The notes below the pieces were generated by a model. The model made no database searches. It was given only the letters and a program-made list of their open reading frames with translations, and was not told where the DNA came from. Source: Flaccisagitta enflata (lineage: Eukaryota). Taken from it: DNA of 64,000 nucleotides. The stretch spans positions 45,942,001-46,006,000 of the forward strand of contig OZ231126.1 of NCBI GenBank assembly GCA_965153355.1, read 5' to 3'. Of the stretch, positions 1-14,320 are shown piece after piece (the stretch's first letter is position 1; every line of letters starts with the position of its first letter). The translations under genes and the position numbers were made by a program.

Positions 1-3000
1 TTAGGTATGTCGCGCAACCTTTGTGACCTTACTTAATGCAGCAGCAGGAGTGATGACACTTCTACAATGGTGGAGAGTCAGGGTTTCTTGGGCGGACCCC
101 GATGCGCGGAATTAACCCTAAAATGTTTATTGGTAACGAATCACGTTTTAACAAGCAAAAGTTCGCTTGTGACGAAAGGCAGTCCTTTAAAATTCCTTGA
201 AACGATTTTTAGTTGCGGACACCCAACTCTTTAAGAGGCTTTGTCCGTCAGTTGGTCCGTCTTATCCCTCCGTCATGGTCGAGTTGAAAATGCGAAAAAC
301 GCGCATTTATGATGCTGCAGTTGTTATCATGTGTATGTGTGAGTGTGTGGTGAGGTGAGGCTGGGGGATGCCCCTGCCCACCGGTCCGCAACGATATTGT
401 GATCCCGCGTCACTTGTTATCAGTAATTCGTTTTCAAAACTATTTTACAGTTCCTTAGTGGTTCAAGCCACCAACGTATAAGTTGGCAGGGGTGTTTAGG
501 GTGGTCGGGGTGGAAATAAGGCGTTTAACTCATGGTTTTGTGCAACCGAAACCTGATCTTTGGAAGCCACCCATAATTTCATGGCGCAGCAGCTCGGGAA
601 ATTACTGAAGGGTTTTTCGCATTGGCATTGCGTCTATCACAAATGTACCTCAATGGCACTGACCCTGTCTTAGTTTACATTTGCATTGCCATTTTTTTTA
701 TGTCTTTTTATCAAACTCAGCATTCAACAGTAATTCTCACTCTGTCTTAGTTCAGCTGCGCTATCACTTAAATATATCTCGGGCGGCATCGACCTGCTTT
801 TAATTTGCGTCTATCATGAATGTATCTCGATGGCATCATCTCGATCATTACTGTCATCAACACGAGCCACCAGTCACGCTCTGAACTAACGAATGAAATT
901 CAATTGACCCCAAAAATAAGCGACAATAATCTGATGAATTTGTTAGGTACCAAATATCCACGATCGCGCAAATATCACACTCGATGCCCTGCCAGAGTGA
1001 TCTCATGATAAGTGATGAGAGAGCTTACCTATGTTTTATACGCCACTTACTGAAGTGGTAGATGAGACGCAAAACGCATTTGGCATAAAAATGAGTTTCC
1101 CCTATTGTTTTTTATATTTTTCTTACTTATAAATAGTTTTATATAAAAACTTAGGACCCATAGTGTGATTTCAGATCATTTAAAATTTTTAATATAAATT
1201 TGTTAACTTCCTATTCACTTATATTTCATAATCAAATTTTATGTAATTTATCACTATTATATTTCATTGTTATTCATATTTCACAAGTTTGATCATTTTT
1301 AACAAAATGAAATAAGATAGACATCAGATTCATGCTTATATCAAGATCGATTATCCTACAAGAAATACAGAAATGAGTTCGAAAGATCAAGGTTCCTCTT
1401 GTTCCATATCTGTTCAAACTCTGACTTTGCACCTGCACACGCCATTTCCTGACTTTTGTGGACCATATGTTTTGGTTAGATCGACTATCTGGTTATACAT
1501 ATGCCCACCGATCCTTTCTTCTATTAACAAGAAAGGATCATAGACCTATAGATGAGACTCAGTGAGCAGGCAACTAAACGACTAATCATTTTTTTCATGA
1601 ATTCGTCCTTTTTGTTCCTGTCTTTAAAGTTGATCTTGGTCTGGGTCTATCTGTCTGTCTGTCTGACTGTCTGTGTGTGTGTGTGTCTCTCTCTCTGCCA
1701 CAATTTGCGCGAGATTTTAGTCGCGGACTAGCGACTCTATAAGAGGCTTTGTCCGTCCGTCGGTCCGTCGGTTGGTCCGTCCGTAGAGGTCATTGAGTTG
1801 AGAAAGTGCGAAAACACGCATTTCCGCCCCTGCCCACCCGTCCGCGACTGGCATTGGCCGTATATCCGGCCTTGTTTTCTTCTCTCTCTCCCTGTAACAA
1901 AACGGAGATAGCATGACGATGGCCATGCTCTCAATAATCCTAATCCATAACTAGAAAATATTAACAAAACTTCTATTTTCTTTTATAATATGGACAAAAA
2001 GCAAATGAGAACATTTTGATGAAAAAACACCACCATGCTTTGCTTAAGTATTCTCCTAAAGAGTCAACGATGCATCACAGGCACTGGGAAACTTATTTCA
2101 TCTTGGAAAATAGTAGTAATTGTAATACTACTAAAAAAAACGTTAAAAAGCGTTTTTTAGGCTAAAAACTCCACTTATACGCAACCTACTATGCATATAA
2201 TCTCAATTATACTTCCGTTATATGCCACTAGATGATTTTGTTTGAAACTCCAAACTCTAGGAGTGAGAGCAGGTGCAAGTGCCTGGGGTGCCGATGTCCT
2301 GCAGAACACAGGGGGAATTTCCAGACGTCCCCAGGGAAGACACAGGCCTTAGATGACTAATTAGGCCACTGAAGGCATATTTGAAGGCTGGAGGGCAGAA
2401 TTAAAGCTTGGAGAGCAGTTTTGAGGTTTTGAGAGCAAATTTGAGCCACAGAGGGCTGGTTTGATGCTTTAGAGGCTAACTGAATGTCTGGAGGGCAGAT
2501 TCGAGGTCTGGAGGTCAGATTTGAGGCTGAGGGGGCTGATTATAATTCTTGAAGGTTGATTTGAGGCCTCGAAGACTAAATTGAGGGCTGGGAGGGCAAA
2601 TTTGAGGTCTTGATGGCCAACAGGGGCGGGGGGACGGAAGGACAGACAGATGGACAGACGGAAGGATGGACGTCTGGAAATTCCTCTCAGTGTTCTAGAC
2701 GACACTGGCCCTTTGGAACCGCTGCCCTGCTCTCAAAAAGAGGAAGAAGAAGAAAAAGAAAAAGAAAAAGAGGCAGAAAGAGTAGAAGAGGACGTCAATG
2801 ATTGCAACTACATAATGATGGCGAGAAATATGGCGACGAAGGCGATGATGCTTATGACTATGAGTGATGACGATAATCAAAATGATGAAAGTGATCATTA
2901 TGTCTGTCAGAGTGCCCAGAAAAAGCCATAACTGTCCTTTGCCTAGAAACAAGGCCAACACCTATAAGTTGTGCATGAGACTTAGATAATGACTTGGAAT

Positions 3001-4029
3001 GACATAAAGAAGACATAAAGAAAAAAAATTGATAAAAAAAAGTAAAAGTGTGATGGACCGACAGATAGACCAATTGACTGACCAATGGATGAAGGGTCAA
3101 ACAGACGGATGGACAGACAGATGGACAAAGTAGATGTAGAGTCGCGTGCACGCTACTAGAAATATTTTTCCTTTCCAAAATTATTTTCAAATGTGCCATT
3201 GTGCGACTTTCAAATCAACCTGGAATCATCTTTATAGCTTTAGGTCAAAGTTTGCATTGACTCATCATTGGAGTCTATATTTATATTTGGCAAATTCTGT
3301 CATTCTCATAGAGATTGATGGAAACTTCAAAGTCACCTTAAATATTGTTCCGAAATGATTTGAAAATCACGCAATAGCTCATTAAAAATCATATTTGAAA
3401 AAAGAAAAACATCTTTGCCAAGCAAAATTGAATATTGACTTTTTAAGCACCTTGACAGACGTAATGATCATTGATCAAGACGATTATGTCCGTGACGACG
3501 ATGACGATGATAATGACAATGATGACAATGAGGAGCCTTTGGTAGTAAGTGAACAACTAAACCCTGTTAAATAACGTTTTTTTAAAAGAGCAAATCAGAA
3601 CCATTCACAGACGACGATGGCAACCGTGAAAATGATGAGAATGGTAATGTTTTGGGGATGGCTATGGAGATGGCGATGGTTACGTTGATGGAGATGGCTA
3701 ATTGGCTATGGCGCTGGTTATGGCTGTGGTCATGGCGAAAGTGATGGCGATGGCTTGGGTTATAGCGATGGCGATGATGATGGTGATGGCTGGGGTTATG
3801 GCGATGGCGATGGCGATGGCGATGGCCATGACTATGGCGATGGTGAAGGCTGGGGTTATGGCGATGACAATGGTGATGGCTGGTGAGGGAGGTGATGGTG
3901 ATCTCTTTGATGATGGCTATTGTGATGGCGATGATAACGGCGTTGGTGATGGTGATGGCGAGGACAGAAAATAGTAATTCAAAACTTCAATTCCAGGAGC
4001 AAGGTTAAATGCTTGTTATCTTAATGCAC

Positions 4030-4164
4030 CTCGTTCTCGAACTTTTCGGCTGTGGTCTGATGTTGATTAGCGATGCTTCCAGCTTCTTGAATGAATTTGT
4101 AGAATCCATCGTAACAATTCCACTCAGCCTCGCTCGCTTCTCCCTTCTTTTTCGCTTTCTTTGA
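4030..4164 (-). CDS. F-BAR protein coding exon 3, SKKAKKKGEASEAEWNCYDGFYKFIQEAGSIANQHQTTAEKFENE
   Basis: cgcag acceptor, GTGCAT donor, 135 nt, phase 0-0. ExxxxAxQHxxxAE matches the F-BAR helix motif (cf. EMNDYAGQHEVISE). Confidence 0.85.
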
Positions 4165-5181
4165 CTGCGATAGATGAAATGAATGATGAATGAATGAATG
4201 AATGAATGAATGAATGAATGAATGAATGAATGAATGAATGAATGAATGAATGAATGAATGAATAAATGAATGAAATAATCAATGAGTGAATGAAGGAATG
4301 AATACGTGAGTTAATGATTGATTGATTGAATGAATAGAAGAATGAATAGATTAATGAATGAATAAAGAAATAAATGATGAATAAAACAATCACTTGCTTG
4401 TTTTTCCATTTTGTTTTCACTTCTTGACCTACATACAGAGAGACAGACAGACTTGACAGAAAGTTAGACGGACCGTGACCAATAGATGGACGGGGAAAAG
4501 ATAGGAAAATACATTTGTACTGATAGACCGATTGACAGAGACAAACTGAGGAGCTTATATCGGGAATATCGGGGACCGAAAGAGACAGAATTGCGAGTTG
4601 CCACAGTCATCGAATTATTGGAACTTCGCAAAATCCTAAGTTTTTAGTCGCGTGCTATGCGACTCTATAAGCCACTTTTCGGTCCGTCGGTCGGTCCGTC
4701 GGTTGGTCGGTCAGTTGGTCGATCCATAACAAAACTGTTCTAAAGGCTTTTTAAAGCGTATCTTATGTCGTTGAATGATAGAAAAGAATTTTTATGGATT
4801 AAATGGCCGTTTCCAATGTCTTTTTGAAAAAAAATTGTTTGTCTGTCTGTCTGCCTGACATTTTCTGAAAATGCCGACGCACGCGACTTAGGTCTAATGA
4901 CCTTGTTTTTTCTTAACCATTTTCTTGGTCACGAGCATAAGACTCTATACTTTGGTGTGTTGGTCGGTTGGTCCGTTCCTCCATCCATCCATCAGTCCTT
5001 CAGCCACTACACCCATAACATTTTTAGAATATGTCATTAAGTTTAATAAAAAATATATGATTAAATTTATTAATGAATGAAATAACGAATGAAAGAATAA
5101 ATAAATGAATGAATGAATGAATGAATGAATGAATGAATGAATGAATGAATGAATGAATGAATGAATGAATGAATGACTCAC

Positions 5182-5313
5182 CGGGTCAAAACGTTCCACG
5201 AGTTTCTTGATGGATTTGGCGTAACTGACTTCGATATTTGTCCACTCTCGGAAAAACGTCCGCAGTGTGCCAATAAAGTCAACGCTCTTTTCATTCACGT
5301 GCTTGAACACATC
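5182..5313 (-). CDS. F-BAR protein coding exon 2, DVFKHVNEKSVDFIGTLRTFFREWTNIEVSYAKSIKKLVERFDP
   Basis: ttatcag acceptor, GTGAGT donor, 132 nt, phase 0-0. IExSYAKxxxKL is the FCH core. Confidence 0.9.
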
Positions 5314-5566
5314 CTGATAATGGAAAAGATGAACGAACCAATCAATAATTCAATATATGAATGATTTAGTGAAAAGATGAATGAAGGAGTGAATGACAAT
5401 ACTTATACAATGACTCAAATCAGGAATGATGGAGAGTTAAGATCGTTTTGGCCAAGGTAGCAAAGTTTTTCTCCAGAAATCAAATATATGGACTAAGTGG
5501 ATAGGCCTAGGGACACATACATTGAGACTTTTTTTATGATGCAAATATCTCTACAAAGTTTCGTAC

Positions 5567-5617
5567 CTCGTATTTATCCCACAACTCGACTCCCCATTGG
5601 GAATCAGGGGCAGCCAT
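5567..5617 (-). CDS. F-BAR (FCH) protein, CIP4/FNBP1/Toca-1 type; first coding exon MAAPDSQWGVELWDKYE
   Basis: WGxELWD is the N-terminal FCH motif (cf. MSWGTELWDQF in FNBP1). Phase-0 donor GTACGA follows. An acceptor (tttgtcgcag) 13 nt upstream of the ATG implies a further 5'-UTR exon. Confidence 0.85.
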
Positions 5618-6019
5618 CCTGCCACCAAATCTGCGACAAAATGGAAACAGGAAATGAATGTAAGTGATTGACTGCTTGACTGATTGATTGTTGGTTATCA
5701 TCGGTTTTATTTGTTTCTCCTTAAATTTCATCGCTTCTGTTTTGCTTTCACTTTTTTCTTTTCTCTCGTTTTTTTTTACCTCTTTTTACGTTTAAATTCC
5801 TGTTTCATTTTTCACCTTATTTATTAAGATTACTGACTTCAGGATCACTTTACGCAAATAAACTCATTGAGACCTTGAAAAAGAATTTATAGCTTTAGAC
5901 GCCACTAAATCATTCATTTCTACCTATAAGATGCTTCTTTTTTTTTCTTCTATCACTTCTTCTTCTTCTTCTTTTTATTCTTCTTTTTCTCCTTCTTCTT
6001 CTTCGTCTTCTTTTTCTTC

Positions 6020-6052
6020 AGATCGGAAGAGCGTCGTGTAGGGAAAGAGTGT
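6020..6052 (+). other. Illumina TruSeq adapter sequence (assembly contamination)
   Basis: Exact AGATCGGAAGAGCGTCGTGTAGGGAAAGAGTGT embedded in a CT-rich low-complexity tract. Confidence 0.97.
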
Positions 6053-6397
6053 CTTTTCTACTCACTTCTTCTACTACGTCTTCTGCTTCTTCGTCTGCTT
6101 CTATTTCTTCTTCCTTTCTATCTTCATCTTTTTTTTTATCCTCTTCTGTTTCTCATAACTTGTTTTTATTATTTTTTTCATCAATAACAAAAGTAGTTAA
6201 AAAGTTTTTTTTTTCGTTCATTCAAATCATTGAATTATTGATGATTCAGGGTCACGACGCAACTTGAATGGCATGATTTTGACGCAGCAGAAAATAATTC
6301 GCATTAAAGTTAAACTTAATACGACAGAGTAATCCGGGGAAACAGGAGCCCGCATCAAAATGTGCGGTCACTGTTCACACATACACTTAGGGCGCGG

Positions 6398-6879
<482 letters not shown>

Positions 6880-8885
6880 GCTAGTGTCAGTACTAGTGTC
6901 AGTACTTCCACCAGTACATTAGTAATCTTGATTACTTAAAGATATTTCAGTGTACTAAAATTTGTATACTGTCCAATCTCATATTTATAGTATGTGTAAT
7001 CATTGATAAACAGGAAGATTGGTTAAAGTATAAGGATAGTTAGAGTTAACTGAGAAATAATTAATGAAAGCTGGTATATTTATCCTTTTAAAATAAAGAA
7101 TATATTCTTCACTTCTTAACACAATTAACTTTCACATATTGTATGGTCATAATTTGATTTATTATACAGAGAGAGAAGATTGTTATTGTCAGCATAATAT
7201 TAGTTATGTTGTTATTATATACATAATATTAAGCATATATTATATTACATGTTATGGTTATTATATATATACATGATGTTGTTTTAGTTTTGTTAATATA
7301 TTTTTGGTTGCTGCTGCTACTATCGCCAGCAAGTGCGTTGCCGCCATTGGCTGCTGCTGTTGCTGCTGGCTATGTTGTTGTTGCTGCTGCTGCTGCAGCA
7401 TAAGGTTGTTGTTGTTTTTGCTGTTGCTGCTGCTGTTGTTGCTGTTGTTGCTGATGTTGCCGCTGTGGCTGTGTTGCATGTTGTGGTTGCTGTTGTTGTT
7501 GTTATGTTGTTATTATTGTTATATTGTTATTGTTATTGTTATTAGTTATTATTTGTTTTCTTTGTTTTTGTTTCTTGTTCTTTTGTTTTGTTGTTTTTGT
7601 CATTTTTGTTCTTTTTGTTGTTCTTGCGGTTTTTTGGTTGTTTGTTTTTTTTTTTTTGTTTTTGCATTTTTTTATTTTTGCTTGTTGCAGCTTGTTATCG
7701 CCGCATTGTCCATGACGTCGCTACTTTTTGCTATTGGTGGCTATATGCTGTTGGTTGCTGTTGGTTGTTGTTGCTGCTGTTATTGTTGTTGTTGTTATTG
7801 TCGTTGTTGGTTATTTATTTTTATTGTTGTTATATTTTATAAGCAGCATATAATGTTATAGTTGTTACACAATATATATATACATATTAAGTTAAGGTTA
7901 TATATTGTTATAGCATGAATCACACGAGGGTCTATATCAGCTACGTCAACAAAGCGTTATTTATTATGTTTCCACTTTTGTTACATTTTAATTGTCACTT
8001 CACTTAACTGTTACTTCTGACTTGGCTGTCACTGACCCTGAAATGTAAAGGTTAAAATAAATTCTTCTGATGGCACTCTCTTATTAATAATCAATGTTGA
8101 AGATCGAAGTTTAAAAGCTTTTTTGTTTGTGTAAGAAAGAATAATGTCATACTTTTCTGGTTTATCTGTCCGTCGCTATGTTAGCCAAGATTTTTATCGT
8201 TTTTCAACCCAGAACAGCGACAGTAGAATCTTGAGGACAACAGCTGGTCAGTTATACCAATTCATTTTGTTTGTCTCTCAACTTTTTTAGATGCTGACGC
8301 ACTCTGATGTAGGTTCTAATGTGACGGTGTTTTTATTCTCTAAGTTAGGCCCTGTAATTCCCGCCTTTAAGGACAATTGTCTCAAAATAAGGTAGGACAA
8401 TTGATGGTGTTATCAGAGTGGCACCTCTTGATTTGGACTCTGTTGGATTTTGGGTAATCGTCTTTTTGGCCGAGACATCAATGGAGCTCTTCGGAGGTTT
8501 TGTGCTTTGGTATTGTATTGGTAATATTACATTTGTGATTTGATGGTCGTTTTAAATAGGTGAATGTTTGACTGCTGATGCTTATATTTATTTCCTTTTA
8601 CTGGTTGGACCCAGAATCTAATCAATTTGAATTGGCCAGTCATTGTAGTTGGGATTGTTGGTAATCTAACTTTACACAATAGAACTTTTTTACCTGAGTT
8701 TATGAAACCTGATATTTTTTTGTTACTATATGAATTTTATATAGCTATAGATATCATTAGTAATTGTGAATTGTAATGTAAAGTAGCATAAACAACCATC
8801 AGAATGGTTTTGTTAATTCAGAAAGATAACATAATGAGAAACAAGTGGAACAAAATGGCATATCATCACACTCACAATAAACACA

Positions 8886-8927
<42 letters not shown>

Positions 8928-8953
8928 CATACACACACATCACACACTTAATA

Positions 8954-8997
<44 letters not shown>

Positions 8998-9012
8998 AAA
9001 GTGGTTTGGACA

Positions 9013-9076
<64 letters not shown>

Positions 9077-9134
9077 TCTTTCTTTCTTTCTTTCTTTCCT
9101 TCTTTCTTTCTTTCTTTCTTTCTTTGTTTCTCTG

Positions 9135-9175
<41 letters not shown>

Positions 9176-12100
9176 CTGTATCTTTCTTTCTTTTTTTCCT
9201 TAGTTCCTTCCTTCCTTCCTTTCCTTCTCCCCCTCAATGCAAAAATTCTCTCTCCTCTTCCTTTCATTATCTGTTTATTTCTTCCTTTCTTTCTTCCTTC
9301 CTTCCTTCCTTCCTTCCTTCCTTGCTTCCTCCCTCCTTTCCTCCTTGCTTCCTTCCTTCCTTTCTATCTTTCTTTCTTTGTCTCCATGAAAAAATTCGTT
9401 ATACGTCAGTCATGAAGACCATTCTCAATTGTAAATACTTTGTTACAGGCGATTTTTCGTTAGTCACAGTTCGTTACGGGCGATTTTTTTAAACAAATAG
9501 TCCAGTCTCTAAAAGGAATAAAAGCACGCATCTTGGCGACTTTGGAGCAAAGCCTGAAAATTTGCATACAGGGTCAGTTTTTTGTGCTGAAGACTAGATG
9601 TAGTATACGTTCTGATTTTTTAGTGTACCCTATAAAAAAACGTGTTTTTACCAAAAAAAATAACTTTAAAGTTGCACTGACACCAAACAAATTGACCAAT
9701 CGTTATAAAATTCTTTTAGGTGAGAAAATATGCTTTTTTCTTACTTAATGCAAATTTAAATAAAAAATTTGTCTTATAGTTTTAAGATATACTATTTTAA
9801 AGTTGTAGCTTATTTTTTAAAGGCTATAGTTTCACTTTTTAGTAGAATTCAGGTTTTTGGACATAGTCTGTACCTGTTTTCAAACATTGACTATATCCTA
9901 GACTTGGCCCTAAAAGCAAAAATTTTAAAAATTTTTGTAGGTTTTTTTTCATTTTGGACTAAAAAAACAAAAATTGAGTTTCAGTAATTTAGGCTATGGT
10001 CTTCAAAAAGGCTAGTTCAGAGTTTAAATCAGAATTTATGGTGCCTACTTATTGAATCTGTTATCATAAAGTGTATCAACTTATTCTCTAACTTTCAGTG
10101 TGGTTCACTAACTCTAAAAGATAAAATTTAATTTCAAAGTCTAAAGCAAAAATATCAAAATTAAGTATTTTTTTACTCTCTTTGATAAATGAAAAAATTC
10201 AGTGTTTGATTATTAAGCTGAAATTTGGCTCAGATATGCCTCATATATAGGACTTGTATACAAAATTTTTAGTAGGGCAATTGTTGGAAGCATGGCCACA
10301 GTGCAGAGACAAATTAAATATCCCAGGAAGTCCAAAATGTCAATATTTTGGGATCTTTTTTTTCTTAACTTGAAAATGATTATTTTTTTGTTGACTTATC
10401 TCTGAAATACACACTTGATGACAATTGATTCTATAGTAGATCACCAATAACTTCAAATCTACCTAGAATTAGCCTTTTTCAAAAATCGCTGACTTTGAAA
10501 CTCAATTTTTGATTTTTTGGGTTTAAAGAACATAAAAACATGGGAATTTTTCAATTTTTGATGCAGATAAATTGGGGCAAATAATCAAAACTGATATCAG
10601 ACTTCTATTTTCAAAAACAAAATTTTTACCTAAAATTAAAACACAGTCTTTTTTAAAATAGGCCTAGACTTTAAACCACAATATCTCCACTTTACTTAAT
10701 CGACTTTTGGCTAAATTTTGCATGAAACACACTTGTAAATTTATAAACAAATCTAAGTCAGTTTGTTTGGCATCAGGCAATCTCTGCATGTTTTTTAGAA
10801 AACGCGCTTCAACGGGCACACTAAAAATCAGATATGGTACTCTCATTCAGTTCTGTTCATGCATGAAAAACCACCTTGTGATACCTCTGTGCTGGCCCAA
10901 ATTTTGATTTTAATCTGATTAAAGAATTTAAAGAAAAATGATGGGACTTTCAAGATATTCATAGAGAAGGGAATTTTTGTAAGAAGGTGTCTAACAGAAT
11001 GATTTTCTTCTAGTTAAATAACATGACGGGTCAACTATGTCTGTATGACTGATGGACATAGAGAAATATGAAATATGTATATTATTAGTTGTACCTATAC
11101 CAAAAGCAATAAAACTGAGACTTACAAAGTATTGTAATGCTTAATGGCATCACTGGTTCGAAAATTTGTATCTTTAGTTAGTCCATACCACCTTGAATTT
11201 CCTTCAGCCTTATTTTTTATAATTCCTTATAAGAATATTAGAAAAAATGAGCACTTCAACAGTTTTTCATAGATTTCAAATCTGCAATCAAAACAGAAAT
11301 TTAAGAACTTTGAAATTTTTGATTTCCCATAGGCTGAATAAAAATTCAAGGTAATAAGTGGACAGCAAGATACATTTTTTTCTGACCAAAAGTGATATCA
11401 TTGGGAGTCCAAGACAGCCCCTCATTGGGAACCACTTGTAGAGTTCTGATTTTATTGTTTATTGACCGATGGACACAGAGAAACATGAAATACGTACACA
11501 TGGAGAGACATGTAATTGTAAGGACGCCGACAAATCATTGTCATTAGAGATAAAAAACAAGGCCATACCGTGACACAAGTCACGTGCGGGTGGGCAGGGG
11601 CAGTGAAGAAATAGACCAACCGACCTGTTAGGCAGGAGCAGTAACACCAAAACCGCCCGTAAGCGCCCAAAAAAGCAAAGTGTGACCGACAGGTCGACGG
11701 ACGGATGGACGGACCGACCAACCGACCGTCCGACAGACGAACAGAGCGGGTTGTAGAGTCGCGTGATTTGATGATTTGATCATAGATATTCCCACGGCCA
11801 CGGTTGCCAAGCTGTGATGTCAAAAACGCCTGGCGGACCGACTGACTCATCCAAATGAGCATAAATAAGGTGGAATCGTAATCAAATGCTCCCAGTGAAT
11901 TTAAGATGTAACGAAAAACGGATTGAACAGAAGGAATTTCGAAAATCTAAATCTTACGATTAAAAATATCTGCAAGAAGATCGCTTGAAGTGTCTTTTGT
12001 TCTTTTTTTTTCAAGTTCGTCAGAAATTTTGTATGAGAGGTTGGACGCACACAAATGAACAAGTTTTTTTTTTATCAGAATAAACATCATTACATCAACT

Positions 12101-12976
12101 GTACCTACTCCAAAAAAAAAAAATACCGTAGGTCTGCAATATCATAGACAAGAGAATAGCAACTCCCAGTTCCCAGATTTCGCGATTTGAATATCAAAGA
12201 GCAGATGCATATTTCCCTCAAAACAAGTTTCAGGCGATTGTCCGCACACTATGGAGGCTTAGGCTGGAGACGACCTGTTACTGAATTTGAAATATTAAAC
12301 GTTCGGCACGAAAAAGTTTACATACAAGTATCAAGAACGCGAACAGATGGACGGACATAGAGACGGACGTTGGCATAGCCAAACTGACAAACGGGCGGAT
12401 GAACGAAAACGCCAATGAATGGCATCGCGAGTCCACAACGAATAAGGGCTTGTGCAGTATGGTTCTATCAATTAACGGACAGACTGACGGACTGATCGAC
12501 CAGGCGCGAAGCCATTCTAGATCCGTAAGTTTATCGACACCTACACATGAACGCCAACGAATTGGGAGAAGTTGGAATAACGAAAAGATCAGTTTGGAGA
12601 TTAATCAATTCTCGTTCCGACTGTGAAATTCAAAACAGGTGAAACAATTCGAACATTTCTTAATGTATAAGGCGCTCAAATTTGCTACAAAAAGCGAAAA
12701 ATAAAAGCACTTTTATGTAACCATTTCTTAAAAACTTTTAAGCATTGACTTTTTCCTGGATCTTTTTAAAGTTGAAAAGAATAAGTTCATTCAGAATTTT
12801 TCAGTGGAAGGCATTTATTTGAATTTATATCGTCAGGCGAGAAAAGAAAAAGACAGGCAAGAACTTAGAAGAGAGTGACTCATATGACTGAAAAGTGAGG
12901 TAAAAGACTCAAGACTCTTGATTAAAGATTAGCAGAACGAACTTTTCTAAAGACGAAGAATAAATGATATGAATGT

Positions 12977-13037
<61 letters not shown>

Positions 13038-14320
13038 ATATTTTAAATCTAGTTTGAGAACTCCTCACAACAAACTGATATAAAACCCAGTTTTCAAATC
13101 ATTTTATCATGCCTTCCTCTCTATTATTTCTTCACTGACTACTTTATGCTATTTATTAAGACAGTTTCAGTCCTAACTTATCTATCCATATGTCACTCCC
13201 AACATATTTCTGGATTACTAAAACTTTCTCCATCTGGACATATTTCGGTATATCGAAATTTGACTTGCAAAAGTTAGATTTACTCGGTTGTGGCTTTGGT
13301 AAATTCTGAACGAATTCCATAGCTGTTTGTCTTGTTAACGGTCTCCAAAGATTTTGCCACTTAAATCTTAGAAGAAATACATTTATGAATGTTGTACCAT
13401 TCAAACATATCCTTGGATTTTGTTAATCCTTCCAAATTTGTAATTTCAGCTGATTATACAAGTATTGGGTACAAAATAACATAGTAAATAAGGTCAGATC
13501 TTGGAAATCGGTTTGCTGCTTCGTTTTGAGTGGCAGAGCAAAAGGGGAATGACGAAAGTCATATTTCGATATATCGAAATATGCCCAAATAACCAAAGTT
13601 GCTTTATCTCGTAACATGATGAGATATGGGCATATGGATAAATGCGGAATTGGGACTGACTGTAGATTTGAACCCAAAACAAATGTTTCCATCAAAGTCT
13701 ATTCATATGAAACTCGGCGCTCTCTGCGCTCAAATGACGTTACATCCGTAATCATCAGTGTTTAACTGATTAATCATGTGCGCTCATATGTCCGTTATCT
13801 CTAACCACGATCCTCGATCTGATCAATTATCAGCTCTGTTCATGACACTCCATCAGAATACAAATATAAAACGTGTTGGCAAAACGGACCATCGGCCCGA
13901 CCGAAAGACCGACAGACCGACCAACCCATCAACGAAGCTACGTATTGAGTCGGGTTCCCGCGACTAAAAAGGGATTTTTCGAGGGAGTGTAAAAGCGATG
14001 GAATATGTACTTTCAGATGGAAAGGGTTAAAGTTGAGAGTTAACTGCAGCGAATTACTGTTGTCGTTTGCGTCGTTATTGTGGACAAGAGCAAGCTCACA
14101 ACATTCAGCAATAAAGGTGTGAGGAAATATGAGGTGTGAGGTGAGGTAGGGAGAGAGTGTGTGTGTCTCGGTTTTGCATACCTTAACTGCGGGAAAAAAT
14201 GAATGTTGCCATCGCAGTTTTAAACTGTTGTCTAGCTCTCATAACCATATGTCTCAACGCTAATGGATCTTTGGCTCGATAAGTACCAAATGAACGTAAC
14301 GTCATATTCTTCCACGTGTA

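Noticed and set aside
1715-1876. tRNA-derived SINE interpretation of the abundant short repeat
   Set aside because: No A/B boxes, poly-A tail or TSDs; the structure fits HINE/DINE-1 better.
3702-3974. Met/Ala-rich ORF
   Set aside because: A degenerate (ATGGCG)n repeat antisense within an F-BAR intron.
12132-12284. Possible exon VCNIIDKRIATPSSQISRFEYQRADAYFPQNKFQAIVRTLWRLRLETTCY-stop
   Set aside because: Weak acceptor, no partner exons and no recognisable family.
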